From: Candidatus Latescibacterota bacterium
GTDB taxonomy: Bacteria; Latescibacterota; UBA2968; UBA8231
DNA: 64,000 nucleotides
Assembly: GCA_965248355.1 (NCBI GenBank)
Contig: OZ252098.1
Coordinates: 2,080,001 to 2,144,000, forward strand
Direction of reading: 5' to 3'
Part shown: in pieces, positions 37,599-49,982 of the stretch
Position numbering within the stretch: position 1 is the stretch's first letter
Layout of the letters: the number at the start of each line of letters is the position of its first letter
Made by a program: the position numbers and the translations under genes
Notes under the pieces: model-generated
Told to the model about the DNA's origin: nothing
The model's input: only the letters and a program-made list of their open reading frames with translations
Databases searched by the model: none

Positions 37599-38944
37599 CC
37601 GGCCTCCTCGGCCGCCAGGACGGCGTCGACGCGCCGGGAGACCAGGCCCTCCACGTGGCGCCTCAGCCCTTCGTGGGTGACCCGCTGCACCAGCTCGCCG
37701 GCGAAGGCCCGGGTGAGGACGCGCCGGGCCTCGGCCCGTCCCACGCCGCGGGAGCGCAGGTAGAACAGGGCCGCCGCATCGAGCTGGCCGGTGGTCGATC
37801 CGTGGCTGCAGCGGACGTCGTCCGCGTAGATCTCCAGCTGGGGCTTGGAGGTCACCTGGGCGTCGTCGGAGAGCAGCAGGTTCTGGTTGGACTGGAAGGC
37901 GTCGGTCTTCTGGGCCGCCTGGCGCACGTGGATCTTGCCCCGGAAGACGCCCTGCGCGCGGCCCCCCAGGATCCCCTTGTAGAGCTCGTGGCTGCTGCAG
38001 TTGGGGGCGGCGTGCTCGATGGTGGTGTAGTTGTCCACCAGCTCCCGGTCGCGGGCCAGGAACAGGCCGTTGAGGGTGGAGTCGATGCCCTCGCCCTCCA
38101 GGACGGTGGTCACGTCCTCGCGCACGGTTCGCCCCGAGAGGCAGAGGGTGTGGGCGGTGAAGCGGGCGCCCTCGGCCTCCCTCACGTGCAGGGTGCCCGC
38201 GTGGCAGGCCGCCTCCCCGTGGAGATGGGCCCGGCCGTACTCGACGGCGGCGCCGGGGCCGGCGGCGATCTCGGTTACCGGGGCCACCAGGCGGCCGGCG
38301 CCGGCGCCGGTGCCGGCCAGGGTCTCGAAGACGGTGACCCGGCTGCCGGCGCCGGCGGTCACGAGGGTGCGCGGCGTCGTCAGACCCCGGCCGCTGGCCG
38401 CGTGGAGGACCTGGATGGGCGCCTCCACGGCGGCGCCCGCCGGTACCGATATGAAGGCTCCGTCGCGCACGAAGGCGGTGCTGAGGGCGGCAAAGCTCTC
38501 GTCGAGACTCAGCGTATGCGCGCCCAGGTCGTCGAGCTCCGCCCACTCCGCGGCATCGACCTCGCCGAGGGAGCGCACCTGGACCCCGCCGGGAAGTGCG
38601 CCGGCCCGCGACAGGTCCGGGGCGTAACAGCCGTCGACGAAGACCAGCACAGGGCCGTCGAGGGCGTCGGCCAGCAGGGGCCGCACTTCGGCCGCCGTCA
38701 GGGGGCCGGGCTCGGCCACCGGGGCATAGAAGGTGTGGGTCAGGGGCGCCGGGTTGGTGTGCGACCAGGCCTCGTAGCGGGCCGTGGGCAGGCCGTGGTC
38801 GGCGACGCGGGCGATGGCCTCCCTGCGGCGTTCGTGCAGCCGCCCGTGGCCGCCGCCGTTGAGGGAACGCTCGAAGCCCTCGAAGGCGGCGAGATAGGCG
38901 TCGAGAACGGCCTCCGGGCCGCGGCGGGTTTCCTCTGCGCTCAT
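37595..38944 (-). CDS. sufD: SufD Fe-S assembly protein
   Basis: YKGIL...GVFRGKI.V...AQKTDAFQ...NLLLS, KPQLEIYADDV.CSHG.T.GQLD. Confidence 0.96.
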   Translation of the reverse strand: MSAEETRRGPEAVLDAYLAAFEGFERSLNGGGHGRLHERRREAIARVADHGLPTARYEAWSHTNPAPLTHTFYAPVAEPGPLTAAEVRPLLADALDGPVLVFVDGCYAPDLSRAGALPGGVQVRSLGEVDAAEWAELDDLGAHTLSLDESFAALSTAFVRDGAFISVPAGAAVEAPIQVLHAASGRGLTTPRTLVTAGAGSRVTVFETLAGTGAGAGRLVAPVTEIAAGPGAAVEYGRAHLHGEAACHAGTLHVREAEGARFTAHTLCLSGRTVREDVTTVLEGEGIDSTLNGLFLARDRELVDNYTTIEHAAPNCSSHELYKGILGGRAQGVFRGKIHVRQAAQKTDAFQSNQNLLLSDDAQVTSKPQLEIYADDVRCSHGSTTGQLDAAALFYLRSRGVGRAEARRVLTRAFAGELVQRVTHEGLRRHVEGLVSRRVDAVLAAEEAG

Positions 38945-38951
38945 GGGCCCC

Positions 38952-39713
38952 TCACGCCGCCGGCTCGGCGGCCTCCTCGCGGATCCACTCGTAGCCCTGC
39001 TCCTCGAGCCGCAGGGCCAGCTCGGCGCCGCCGGAACGCACGATGCGGCCGTCGAGGAGGACGTGCACGTAGTCGGGCACGATGTGGTTGAGCAGCCGCT
39101 GGTAGTGGGTGACCACGATGGCGCTCTTGTGGGGCGCCCGCAGCTTGTTGACGCCGTCGGCGACGATCCGCAGGGCGTCGATGTCGAGGCCGGAGTCGGT
39201 CTCGTCCAGGATCGCCAGGCGCGGCTCGAGGACGGCCATCTGCAGGATCTCGTGGCGCTTCTTCTCCCCGCCCGAGAACCCCTCGTTCACCGAACGCCGG
39301 AGGAAGCTCTCGTCCATCTCCACCAGCCGCAGCTTCTCGCGGATGAGGACCAGGAAGTCGATGGCGTCGACCTCCTCCTCGCCGCGGTGCCGGCGGATCT
39401 CGTTGAGGCCGGTGCGCAGGAAGTAGGTCGTGTTGACCCCGGGGATCTCCACGGGGTACTGAAAGGCGAGGAAGAGGCCTTCGCGGGCCCGGTCCTCCGG
39501 GGCCATGTCGAGCAGGTCCCGGCCCTCGTAGCGCACGGACCCGCCGGTGACGTCGAAGGCCTCGTGGCCGGCCAGCACCTGGGCGAGGGTGGACTTGCCC
39601 GAGCCGTTGGGGCCCATGACCGCATGGACCTCGCCGGGGCCGACGGTGAGGTCGACGCCCTTGAGGATGGGGGTCTGGTCGATGGCGGCGTGCAGGTTGG
39701 TGATCTCGAGCAA
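38952..39713 (-). CDS. sufC: SufC ABC-type ATPase
   Basis: MGPNGSGKST, FQYPVEIPGV, NEGFSGGEKKR, LDETDSGLDIDAL; TTG start with SD AGGAG. Confidence 0.97.
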   Translation of the reverse strand: MLEITNLHAAIDQTPILKGVDLTVGPGEVHAVMGPNGSGKSTLAQVLAGHEAFDVTGGSVRYEGRDLLDMAPEDRAREGLFLAFQYPVEIPGVNTTYFLRTGLNEIRRHRGEEEVDAIDFLVLIREKLRLVEMDESFLRRSVNEGFSGGEKKRHEILQMAVLEPRLAILDETDSGLDIDALRIVADGVNKLRAPHKSAIVVTHYQRLLNHIVPDYVHVLLDGRIVRSGGAELALRLEEQGYEWIREEAAEPAA

Positions 39714-39728
39714 TTCGTTCTCCTGTCG

Positions 39729-39898
39729 GGCGGCGGGCGCGGGCCCTTCGGCGCCTACGCCGGTTGAGGTCAGTTGTGCTTGGCCTTCAGTCGTTCTGTA
39801 GCGCTTGCGAGCCTCGACGTTGTCGAGTCTCGCGGTCCTTCAAATCCGGGTGCGTGCTTCTACCGGCGTAATGCGCCTGCGGGCCCACGCCCGCCGCC
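39729..39898. repeat. Long imperfect inverted repeat enclosing an internal hairpin in the sufB-sufC spacer
   Basis: 39729-39764 pairs with 39862-39898; inner hairpin 39807-39818/39822-39833. Confidence 0.8.
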
Positions 39899-40095
39899 GC
39901 GCGAGAGGCCGAGGATCATACCCGGCCGCTGTAGCCACTCGGAGGGTCTCTCGTCGTTCCCGGCTTCGAGGAGGGAAACAGCGGCAGCCTCCTCTTGCGG
40001 GATCTTCGTGGGCGCCGGTTCGCTGCGCTCACGGCGCCCGGGTGTTTGCGGCGGCGGCGTCATGCGTCTGTGGAGCACCCGCGGCGGCGGGTACT

Positions 40096-41598
<1,503 letters not shown>

Positions 41599-41668
41599 GT
41601 GGTCCTATCTGTTTGCTTTACAGAAGGTTGGAGGCCGGGGGCGGGATCCCCGTCCAAGGGAATCTACA

Positions 41669-41692
41669 AATCTTGCAAGAAATTGCAAGATT
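41669..41692. promoter_or_regulatory. Perfect inverted repeat overlapping the likely suf promoter (operator candidate)
   Basis: AATCTTGCAA-GAAA-TTGCAAGATT; minus strand TTGCAA-N16-TAGATT. Confidence 0.65.
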
Positions 41693-41703
41693 GGCCCGGC
41701 GGG

Positions 41704-42620
41704 TCAGCCGATGCGCCGCCGGCGCACGAGATAGCGGCTCAGGGCGCTGTCGAAGGAGGTGGCCGTGTCCATCAGGACGTAGTCGACGCCGGCCTCCGCG
41801 CAACCGTGGCGGTAGCGGCCCAGCAGGGATTCCACGTGGGCGCGGTAGGTCTCCTGCACGTGCCACGGCTGGGTGACGATGGAGGCGCCGGCGGCGTCCT
41901 CCAGGTCGACGAAGCGCGTCTCGGAACGGCGGAAGTCCAGGTCGACCTCCCTCGGGTCGAGGACCTGCAGGACCAGCACCTCGTGGCCGCGGTGGCGCAG
42001 GTGGCGCAGGCCGCCGAGGACCTCGCCGGGATCGTCCAGCAGGTCGGAGAGGACGATCACGAGGCCGCGCCGCGACAGCCGCTCGGCCAGGTCGTGCAGG
42101 CCGGGGGCCAGGGCCGTCTCGGCGGCGGGTTCCGCGCCCGTGAGCTGGCGCAGAAGGACGCTGAGGTGGCTGCCCACCGAGCGCGGCGGCACCAGGGAGA
42201 GGAGGCCCCCCCGAATCAGGGCCAGCCCCACGGCGTCGCGCTGGCGGAGCATCAGGTAGGCCAGGGCGGCGGCCAGGCAGCAGGCGTAGCGGAACTTGCT
42301 GATGCGGCCGCCGTCGCCGAAGGCCATGGAGCCGCTCACGTCGACGGCCAGGCAGGCCTTCAGGTTGGTCTCCTCCTCGTAGCGCTTGACGTAGAGGCGG
42401 TCGGTCCTGGCCAGCGCCTTCCAGTCGAGGTCGCGCAGCGGGTCGCCCGGCATGTACGGCCGGTGCTCGGAGAACTCGACGGAGAACCCGTGGTAGGGAG
42501 AGCGGTGCAGGCCGGTGATGAACCCCTCCACCACGAGGCGGGCGATCAGGTCCAGGCGGCCCAGGCGCGAGGCCGTCTCGGGATCGAGGTACCCCGTGAG
42601 GCCGCCGGCCTCGCTCTGCG

Positions 42621-42624
<4 letters not shown>
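41704..42624 (-). CDS. DUF58 domain protein (MoxR partner)
   Basis: GLHRSPYHGFSVEFSEHRPY.PGD..R.LDWK, KRYEEETN, DVSGSM, LSDLLD. Confidence 0.93.
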
Positions 42625-43610
<986 letters not shown>

Positions 43611-43627
43611 TCAGGGTCTCCTTCGGA

Positions 43628-44896
43628 TCACGTCTTGCGCTGCTTCTTCCGGGCCGCCGGGAACAGGACGTTGTTCAGGATCAGCCGGTAGCCCGGAGAG
43701 GAGGGGTGCAGGGACAGCTGCGTCGGCGGGTCTCCCACGTGGTGCTTGTGGTCCTCGGGGTCGTGGCCGCCGTAGAAGGTGACGGTGCCGCGCCCCACCC
43801 GGCCGTGGATGTACTTGACGATATCGGTGCCCTCGACCTCGGCCAGCACCACCACGTGGTCCTTGATGAGATGGCGGCGGAAGGCGGTGGTCTGGCCGAG
43901 GAAGCCGTTGACGACGCTGGTGTGGCACTGGGTGAGCATGGTGGGCACGGGGTCGTGCCGGGCCGAGAACTCGAAGAGGGTGAAGTACTCGGCCTCGGCC
44001 GTGCGGATGCGGCGCGCGTCCCGGGGCGTCGTGTCGATGTCGGAGTGCTCGTAGACCAGGGGATCGGTGACGATGGTGAAGCCCTCGAAGGCGACGCACC
44101 GGTTGAAGTCGAGGCGCTCCTGGGCGCGGGGGTCGAGGCCGTCTCCGTCGAAGACGGTGTGGGCAACGTCGACCCCGGCGGCGGCCAGGGCTATGTCGAA
44201 GGTATCGGTGGCAGAGCACATGGCGAAGAGGAAGCCGCCGGCGGCCACGTACTCGTGGATGCGGCGCGCCACGGCCTTCTTCTGCTCCGACACCTTGGCG
44301 AAGCCCAGACTGCGCGCCTGGGCCTCGTAGAGCCGCTGCTGGTCGCGGTACCAGGCCTCGTTGCGGAAGCTGGCGTAGAACTTGCCGTACTGGCCCGTGA
44401 AGTCCTCGTGGTGCAGGTGCAGCCAGTCGAAGTCCTCGAGCCGGCCGGCCAGCACATCCTCGTCCCACAGCTTCTCGTAGTCGATGCCGGCGAACTCCAG
44501 GGCCAGGGTCACGGCGTCGTCCCAGGGCTGCCGGTTGGGCGGCGTGTACACGGCGATCCGCGGGGCTTTCTCCAGCCGCACCACGTCCATGTTGGCGGTC
44601 TCGATCTCGGCCTGGATGCGCGCCATGTCGGCCTCGGAGATCGTCTGGAAGGTGATCCCCCGGATCCGCGCCTCCGCGGCGATCAGGTCGTGGGCCTCGA
44701 TGGCGAAGGAGCCGCCGCGGTAGTTGAGGAGCCAGTCCACGTCGATGCCGCGCTCGAGCACCCAGAACGCCAGCCCGTAGGCCTTGAGGTGCTGCTGCTG
44801 GGTCAGGTCCATGGGCACCAGCAGCCGCTCGGCCCCGGAGGGCAGGGCGCACAGCAGCCACAGGGCGGTGGCCAGGCGCCGGAAGGAGCCCGTCAT
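43628..44896 (-). CDS. Conserved exported FCB-group protein (family often labelled 'asparagine synthetase B', likely a misnomer)
   Basis: Signal peptide; LLVPMDLTQ..HLKAYG, WLLNYRGGSF, PWDDAVTLAL, WLHLHHEDFTGQYGKFY, FAMCSATD, GGHDPED, SPGYRLILNNVLFPAA. Confidence 0.85.
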   Translation of the reverse strand: MTGSFRRLATALWLLCALPSGAERLLVPMDLTQQQHLKAYGLAFWVLERGIDVDWLLNYRGGSFAIEAHDLIAAEARIRGITFQTISEADMARIQAEIETANMDVVRLEKAPRIAVYTPPNRQPWDDAVTLALEFAGIDYEKLWDEDVLAGRLEDFDWLHLHHEDFTGQYGKFYASFRNEAWYRDQQRLYEAQARSLGFAKVSEQKKAVARRIHEYVAAGGFLFAMCSATDTFDIALAAAGVDVAHTVFDGDGLDPRAQERLDFNRCVAFEGFTIVTDPLVYEHSDIDTTPRDARRIRTAEAEYFTLFEFSARHDPVPTMLTQCHTSVVNGFLGQTTAFRRHLIKDHVVVLAEVEGTDIVKYIHGRVGRGTVTFYGGHDPEDHKHHVGDPPTQLSLHPSSPGYRLILNNVLFPAARKKQRKT

Positions 44897-46596
44897 CCGT
44901 CCCGGGGCTCCAGCTGCCGGCGCAGGCCCTCGATGCGGCGCCGGATCTCCGGGGCCCGCGAGTCCTCCGGCGCCGACAGCAGCATCTGCTCGTAGAGGTG
45001 CAGGGCCTCGCCGGCCTCGCCGAGACCCTCCAGGACCCGGGCCCGGCCCAGGGAGGCCGAGACCGCCTCGCGGCTGCGGGCCTCGGCTCCGGCCTCGGCC
45101 TCGACGTAAAGGGCGAGGGCCCGGGCCGGGTCGCGTTCCTCCAGCTCGCGGGCGCGCTCGAGCCGGACCACCTGCCTCAGGGCCGGGGGCGCCTCGGTCA
45201 GCAGCCAGCCCCACTCCCGCGCCGCCTCCTCCAGCCGCTGCTGCCGCTGCCGCAGCCGCGCCCGGGCGAGAACGGCCAGGGCCTCCGGCTGGTCGCCGAA
45301 CTCCTCGATCAGCAGCAGCAGGGCCAGGGCGTCGTTGGCCAGCGGGTGCGAGGGCGACGACGTGACCATCGAGTCGATGAGGACCCGGGCCCCGTCGAAG
45401 TCGGCCAGGTAGAAGGCCACCAGACCCAGGTGGTGGGCGGCTTCGGCGCCCCCTCCTTCGATCGCGGCCAGCCGTCGCAGCTCGCGCCGCGCCGAGGGCA
45501 GGTCGTCGAGCAGGATGTGACACTCCGCCCGCAGGCCGAGCCACCGGCGCTGCAGGTCGGGGGTGCCGGCGCGCCCCTCGAGAACGGCCAGAGTCTTCAT
45601 CGCCTCGACCGCCGTGCCGTGGCCCGCGGCCTGCAGCCGCGCCACTCGCAACAGGGCTTCGGCCGCCTCGCGGCGGCGGGGGTGGCCGGCGGCCAGTTGC
45701 GTGTAGAGCTCGATGGCGCCCTCGCCGTCGCCGAGGAGCTCGCGCATCTCGGCCTGCTTCAGCAGGGAGTGGTACCGGTGCGGGGAATCGCCTCCATGGG
45801 CGGCGAACACGGCGTAGGCCTCGACCGCGGCCCCGGCATGGCCGCGGGCCTCGCAGCGGGAGGCGAAGGAGTAGAGGGCCTGCAGGACGGCGTCGTCGGG
45901 GAGGGCCTCGCGCAAGGCCCGCACTCCGCGCTCGGGGCGGCCGGTCTCCAGGGAGGCGGCCGCCGCCAGCCGGGCCGCGGTGGCGCGCGCCGGGCCCTCG
46001 ACCCGGGTCAGGGCGGCCTCGGCGGCTTCGAGGTATCGATGCCCCGGGTCCTGGCCGGCCGGCCCCTCTCCGGACTCGGCGCCAGCCATGTGGGCGATGC
46101 GGTTCTCCACCAGGGGGAGCCGCCAAGGATGCTGGCGCAGGAATTCCAGGTGCGCGGCCAGGGCCTCTTCGGGGCGGCCCAGCCGCATGGCCAGCTCGGC
46201 CCGCTCCCAGGCGAAGGGGTCGTCGCCATCGACGCGCCGGGCGCCGTCCCGGAGCACCTTCAGGGCCTTTTCGAGATGGCCCAGATCGGCCATGCGGACG
46301 CTGACCGCGCGGTATCGGTCGAGGTCCACGGGCAGCTCCTCCAGCGCCCGGCTCCAGATCTGGACCGCCTGGGAGGGACGCCCGGCGTCGACGAGGACCT
46401 CGCCCAGGAGCAGACGCGCCTCCGCGTCCTGCGGATGGCCGTCGATCCAGCGGCCCAGCAGAGCGGCCGCCTCCTCGAACCGGGAGGCCCGGCGCAGCTC
46501 GGAGACCGAGCCGCGGATCTCGGACCGCGGCACCTCCCCGCCGACCGCGGCGGGCAGCCAGCACAGGGCGGCGAGAAGGGCGGCGCCTCGCCTCAC
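44893..46596 (-). CDS. Exported tetratricopeptide-repeat protein
   Basis: Signal peptide after a GTG overlapping the upstream stop; helical TPR-like repeats (HPQDAEARLLLGEVL, AAEALLRVARL, P.HPLANDAL). Confidence 0.8.
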   Translation of the reverse strand: MRRGAALLAALCWLPAAVGGEVPRSEIRGSVSELRRASRFEEAAALLGRWIDGHPQDAEARLLLGEVLVDAGRPSQAVQIWSRALEELPVDLDRYRAVSVRMADLGHLEKALKVLRDGARRVDGDDPFAWERAELAMRLGRPEEALAAHLEFLRQHPWRLPLVENRIAHMAGAESGEGPAGQDPGHRYLEAAEAALTRVEGPARATAARLAAAASLETGRPERGVRALREALPDDAVLQALYSFASRCEARGHAGAAVEAYAVFAAHGGDSPHRYHSLLKQAEMRELLGDGEGAIELYTQLAAGHPRRREAAEALLRVARLQAAGHGTAVEAMKTLAVLEGRAGTPDLQRRWLGLRAECHILLDDLPSARRELRRLAAIEGGGAEAAHHLGLVAFYLADFDGARVLIDSMVTSSPSHPLANDALALLLLIEEFGDQPEALAVLARARLRQRQQRLEEAAREWGWLLTEAPPALRQVVRLERARELEERDPARALALYVEAEAGAEARSREAVSASLGRARVLEGLGEAGEALHLYEQMLLSAPEDSRAPEIRRRIEGLRRQLEPRDG

Positions 46597-49500
46597 GGCA
46601 GGGCCTCCGGGTCCGGGCCGTCCCCTTCGTGCAGATCGTGGTAGACGCTCTCGTAGTACCGGCGGATGAGCTCGCGGTACTCGGCGGGGTAGCCGGCGGC
46701 CAGGGCGCGGCGCATGGCCTCGCGCCAGGCGTCCGGACGCTGGCCGAGGTCGACGGGCAACCAGCCGGGACCCGCGAAGGGCCGCTGCTCGCCCCGCTCC
46801 GAACGGCGGCGCTTCTCGAAGCCGCGGGCGTGGATGGACCGGCTGGCGTCCAGCAGGCGCTGCAGGATCCGCTCCTGACCCTGGGGCACGCCCGGGTCGG
46901 CGCGGGGTCGCTCCATCCGGGCCAGCACCGCCTCCATCTCCTTCTGGATGGCGCCGACGCGCTCCTGCAGCGAGCGCTGGCCGCGCAGCGACCTCTCCAC
47001 CTCGGCCAGGGCCTGGTAGATGCGGCGCTGCTCGGCGGCGAGGCCCGGCATGGCCGGGAGCCGGCCGCCGGCGCGCCGGGGTCCCGGAGCGGACCCCGGC
47101 CCCGGCTGCATCGCCTCCCGGGTGGCCTCGTTGAGGGCGGCCTGCTGCTCGGACAGGGCCATCATCTTCTCCATGGCCTCCCCGAAGGAGGAGGGGGTGC
47201 GCGCCTCCTGCAGGTTCTCCACGCTCCGGCGCAGCAGCAGCACGGCCTGGTTCAGGAAGCCCATGGCCTCGCCCTGAAGGTGGCCGGCGCGGCCGCTCTG
47301 CTGTCCGAGCCGGCCGGCGGCCTGCTCCATGCGGCGAAGGGCCCCGCCGAGGGTGGCGGGCAGGGAAGGCTCGAGAGCCAGGGTCCGCGAGCCGGCGCGG
47401 GCGACCTCTTCGATGACGAGCTCCGTTCCTTGGGCCAGGGCCTGCTGGCGGGCGGCCAGGCCGGCGGCGGCGCCCCCGGGCTGCCGGGAAGAGCCCTCTC
47501 CCAGCTCCTCCTGGCGCCGGGAGAGGTCGACGAGGTCGGCCATGGCGCCGCGCAGGAGACCGGCGAGCTGCTCGCGCTGGTCGCCGAAGAACCCCTCCCG
47601 GAGCTCGCGCAGCGCCTCGGAGAGATGCGCGAGGTCCTCCTGCAGACCGGCGCCGACCCGTCCGGCCTCCTGGCGCCGGCTCGAAGCCAGGAGCCGCTCC
47701 ATCCGGCGCATGCGCTCCGAGAGGGCCTGCTGCTCCATCTCTTCGGCCTGGAAGCGCAGGGCGCCGGCGGTCTCCGCGCTGAGGTCCTCCAGCTCCTGTC
47801 CCAGTTGATCCAGCTCCTGCCGCAGGCGGTCGGCGTCGCGGGCGAGCCTCCCCTCCTGGGGCTGCAGGGCCTCCTCCCCCAGGCCGGCGTCCCCGGCCGG
47901 CCGCGCCAGCTCCTCGTTGATCCTCCCCTGCCGGTCCTCCAGATCCTCCGCCTGTTCGACCACGGCCAGCAGGCGCTGCTCGGCGTGCACCTGCCGCAGC
48001 AGGTCCAGGGTGCGGTCCAGGCGCTGCTGGAACGCTTCCTGGTCGCGGGCGAACTGCCGCAGGGCCTCGGCCAGCTGGTCCGCGTCTGGCTGCTCGGCCG
48101 CCTCCTGCAGGGCCCGCAGGGCCTCCAGCAGCTCCGGCGAGGCGACGGCCGCCATCAGCTCTCTGATCTCGTCGAGCTTGCCGAGCAGGTCCCGCGAGTC
48201 GGCGCCGCCCTGCTCCAGCTTCTCCAGGCTGCCGGCCATCTTCCGGGCGACCTCCTCCACGGCCCGGGCGCGCTCCTCCTCGGCGGCCAGGGCGCGCTCC
48301 AGCTCCTGCTTCTGATCCCAGGTCAGCTCCTCGGTGCGCAGCACCTCCCGCCGCAGCCGCTCCACGTACTCCCGGGCGCCGGCCTCCTCGGCGGCGAGCT
48401 CCTCGAGCGACCCCAGGCGCTCCTGCTGCTGCCTCGAGGCCTCGTCGAACAGCTCCCACAGGGAGGGGAAGCGCAGCACGTGCTCCGGGCTCACGGCCCG
48501 CTTCGGCCCGCCCACGGCGTCGTTGTCGAAGGCCTCGGCGCGGTAGCGGACCCGGTCCTCCGGCAACAACTCCAGCGGCGACAGGTCCCACAGATGGGAG
48601 ACGGTCTCCCGGACGTCGCCCTCCACGGGCAGGGACAGGCGCTTCTCCGGACCCCGGCCGACGCGGAAGACGAGGTCGACGCGGCTCACCCCGAAGTCGT
48701 CGGCGGCGTCGATCTGCAGCCGCACCTGCTGGCTCTCGGGAAGGTCGGCCTCCGGACCCGGCTCGGAGATGGCCACCTCCGGCGGCCCGTCGCGCAGGAC
48801 CTGGACGGTGTAGCGGATCGGGGCCCGGTTGCCGACCCCGTCCCGGTCGGTGAGGGCCACACGGTACTCCCGGCGGGCCCCGGCGCTGTCCCCCGGCGCC
48901 GGCAGGGTCCAGCTCACGACGGCGCGGTCGTCCACGACCCGGGCGGGCCGGCGCAGGGTATCGTCGACCACCAGGGCCGCGGCGGACAGGGCCTTGCTGG
49001 CGTGGATCCCCCATTCGACGACGGTCCCGGCGAGGGCCCGCACGTCCCCGCCCGGCTCCTCGACCCGGGGCGGGAGGCGGCTGTACTCCGGATAGTCGTA
49101 CCGCAGCCGCATGCGCGTGACCTCGGGCGGATCGATGACGGTGACGCGGTAGGGACCGGCCTCGCCGTCCCCGGCGGCGACCACGAAGTCGAAGGAGGAG
49201 CGCACGTCCTCGAAGAGATGGCGCAGGGAGTCGGCCCGGCCCGGCTCGAGGAGCACCTCCTCGTCGATGCGGCGGCCGCCCTGGACCGCCTGGCGGCGGA
49301 TCCGAAGGGCCGGAGGCAGGTCGCCCTCGACGCGGACGGTGAGGGCCACGTCCTCGCCCCGGATCGCCTGCTGGTCCCCGGGCTCGACGGAGACGCGGGT
49401 CCGCTGCGGTCGCTGGAAGGTCGTCCCGGGATGCAGGCAGCGGTGCAGGGCCTCGCCCGCCGCTCCGGAGAGGCCGAGCAGGAGCAGCAGGGGGCCGGCG

Positions 49501-49979
49501 GCGGCCGCGCCCCGGAGCGCGGCGCGGCGCAGCCCCGCCGCCGGCACCAGGCAGGCGTCCCCGAGGCGATCGAGGACGGCCACGGCTTCGGCGGCCGCCG
49601 CGGCGAGCAGGTCGGAGGAGTAGAGCCGCGAACGGGGGCCGCCGCCGACCTCCAGGGCCGTCATCAGCCGCTGCGAGAGCTCCGGAGTGCGCTCCTCGAC
49701 GGCCTGGGCCACGGCGCGCAGGGGCAGACCCTTGCGCCAGGGCCACAACATGCGCGCCCCCAGGCCGGAACCGGCCGCCGCGACGAGCAGGAGCAGGCCG
49801 GCCCTCCATGGAGAGGACAGGTAGAGGAGAGCCTCCAGCCCGATGGCGACCACGCCCGCGGCGGCGCCGAGGGAGAGGCCTGCCACCAGGGCGGTGGCGG
49901 CCTCGAGCAACAGCCGTCGCCGGCGCAGGCGGCGGAGGCGCTCCAGCAGGAGGCCGCGTGGGGAGGCGTCGGCGGCCAC
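46593..49979 (-). CDS. DUF4175-family membrane-anchored coiled-coil protein
   Basis: N-terminal TM helices, Ig-like region (YDYPEYS..PP, DDFGV), long Q/E/R coiled coil, C-terminal RLLDASRS...EK.R.S...YPAEYRELIRRYYE. Confidence 0.82.
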   Translation of the reverse strand: MAADASPRGLLLERLRRLRRRRLLLEAATALVAGLSLGAAAGVVAIGLEALLYLSSPWRAGLLLLVAAAGSGLGARMLWPWRKGLPLRAVAQAVEERTPELSQRLMTALEVGGGPRSRLYSSDLLAAAAAEAVAVLDRLGDACLVPAAGLRRAALRGAAAAGPLLLLLGLSGAAGEALHRCLHPGTTFQRPQRTRVSVEPGDQQAIRGEDVALTVRVEGDLPPALRIRRQAVQGGRRIDEEVLLEPGRADSLRHLFEDVRSSFDFVVAAGDGEAGPYRVTVIDPPEVTRMRLRYDYPEYSRLPPRVEEPGGDVRALAGTVVEWGIHASKALSAAALVVDDTLRRPARVVDDRAVVSWTLPAPGDSAGARREYRVALTDRDGVGNRAPIRYTVQVLRDGPPEVAISEPGPEADLPESQQVRLQIDAADDFGVSRVDLVFRVGRGPEKRLSLPVEGDVRETVSHLWDLSPLELLPEDRVRYRAEAFDNDAVGGPKRAVSPEHVLRFPSLWELFDEASRQQQERLGSLEELAAEEAGAREYVERLRREVLRTEELTWDQKQELERALAAEEERARAVEEVARKMAGSLEKLEQGGADSRDLLGKLDEIRELMAAVASPELLEALRALQEAAEQPDADQLAEALRQFARDQEAFQQRLDRTLDLLRQVHAEQRLLAVVEQAEDLEDRQGRINEELARPAGDAGLGEEALQPQEGRLARDADRLRQELDQLGQELEDLSAETAGALRFQAEEMEQQALSERMRRMERLLASSRRQEAGRVGAGLQEDLAHLSEALRELREGFFGDQREQLAGLLRGAMADLVDLSRRQEELGEGSSRQPGGAAAGLAARQQALAQGTELVIEEVARAGSRTLALEPSLPATLGGALRRMEQAAGRLGQQSGRAGHLQGEAMGFLNQAVLLLRRSVENLQEARTPSSFGEAMEKMMALSEQQAALNEATREAMQPGPGSAPGPRRAGGRLPAMPGLAAEQRRIYQALAEVERSLRGQRSLQERVGAIQKEMEAVLARMERPRADPGVPQGQERILQRLLDASRSIHARGFEKRRRSERGEQRPFAGPGWLPVDLGQRPDAWREAMRRALAAGYPAEYRELIRRYYESVYHDLHEGDGPDPEALP

Positions 49980-49982
49980 GGG

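Noticed and set aside
39860..40053. Small ORF MTPPPQTPG... in the sufB-sufC spacer
   Set aside because: No SD, atypical codon usage and no recognisable motif; the region is better explained by RNA structure.
43628..44896. Asparagine synthetase assignment
   Set aside because: It lacks the N-terminal Cys Ntn-amidotransferase and SGGLDS ATP-PPase motifs and has a signal peptide.
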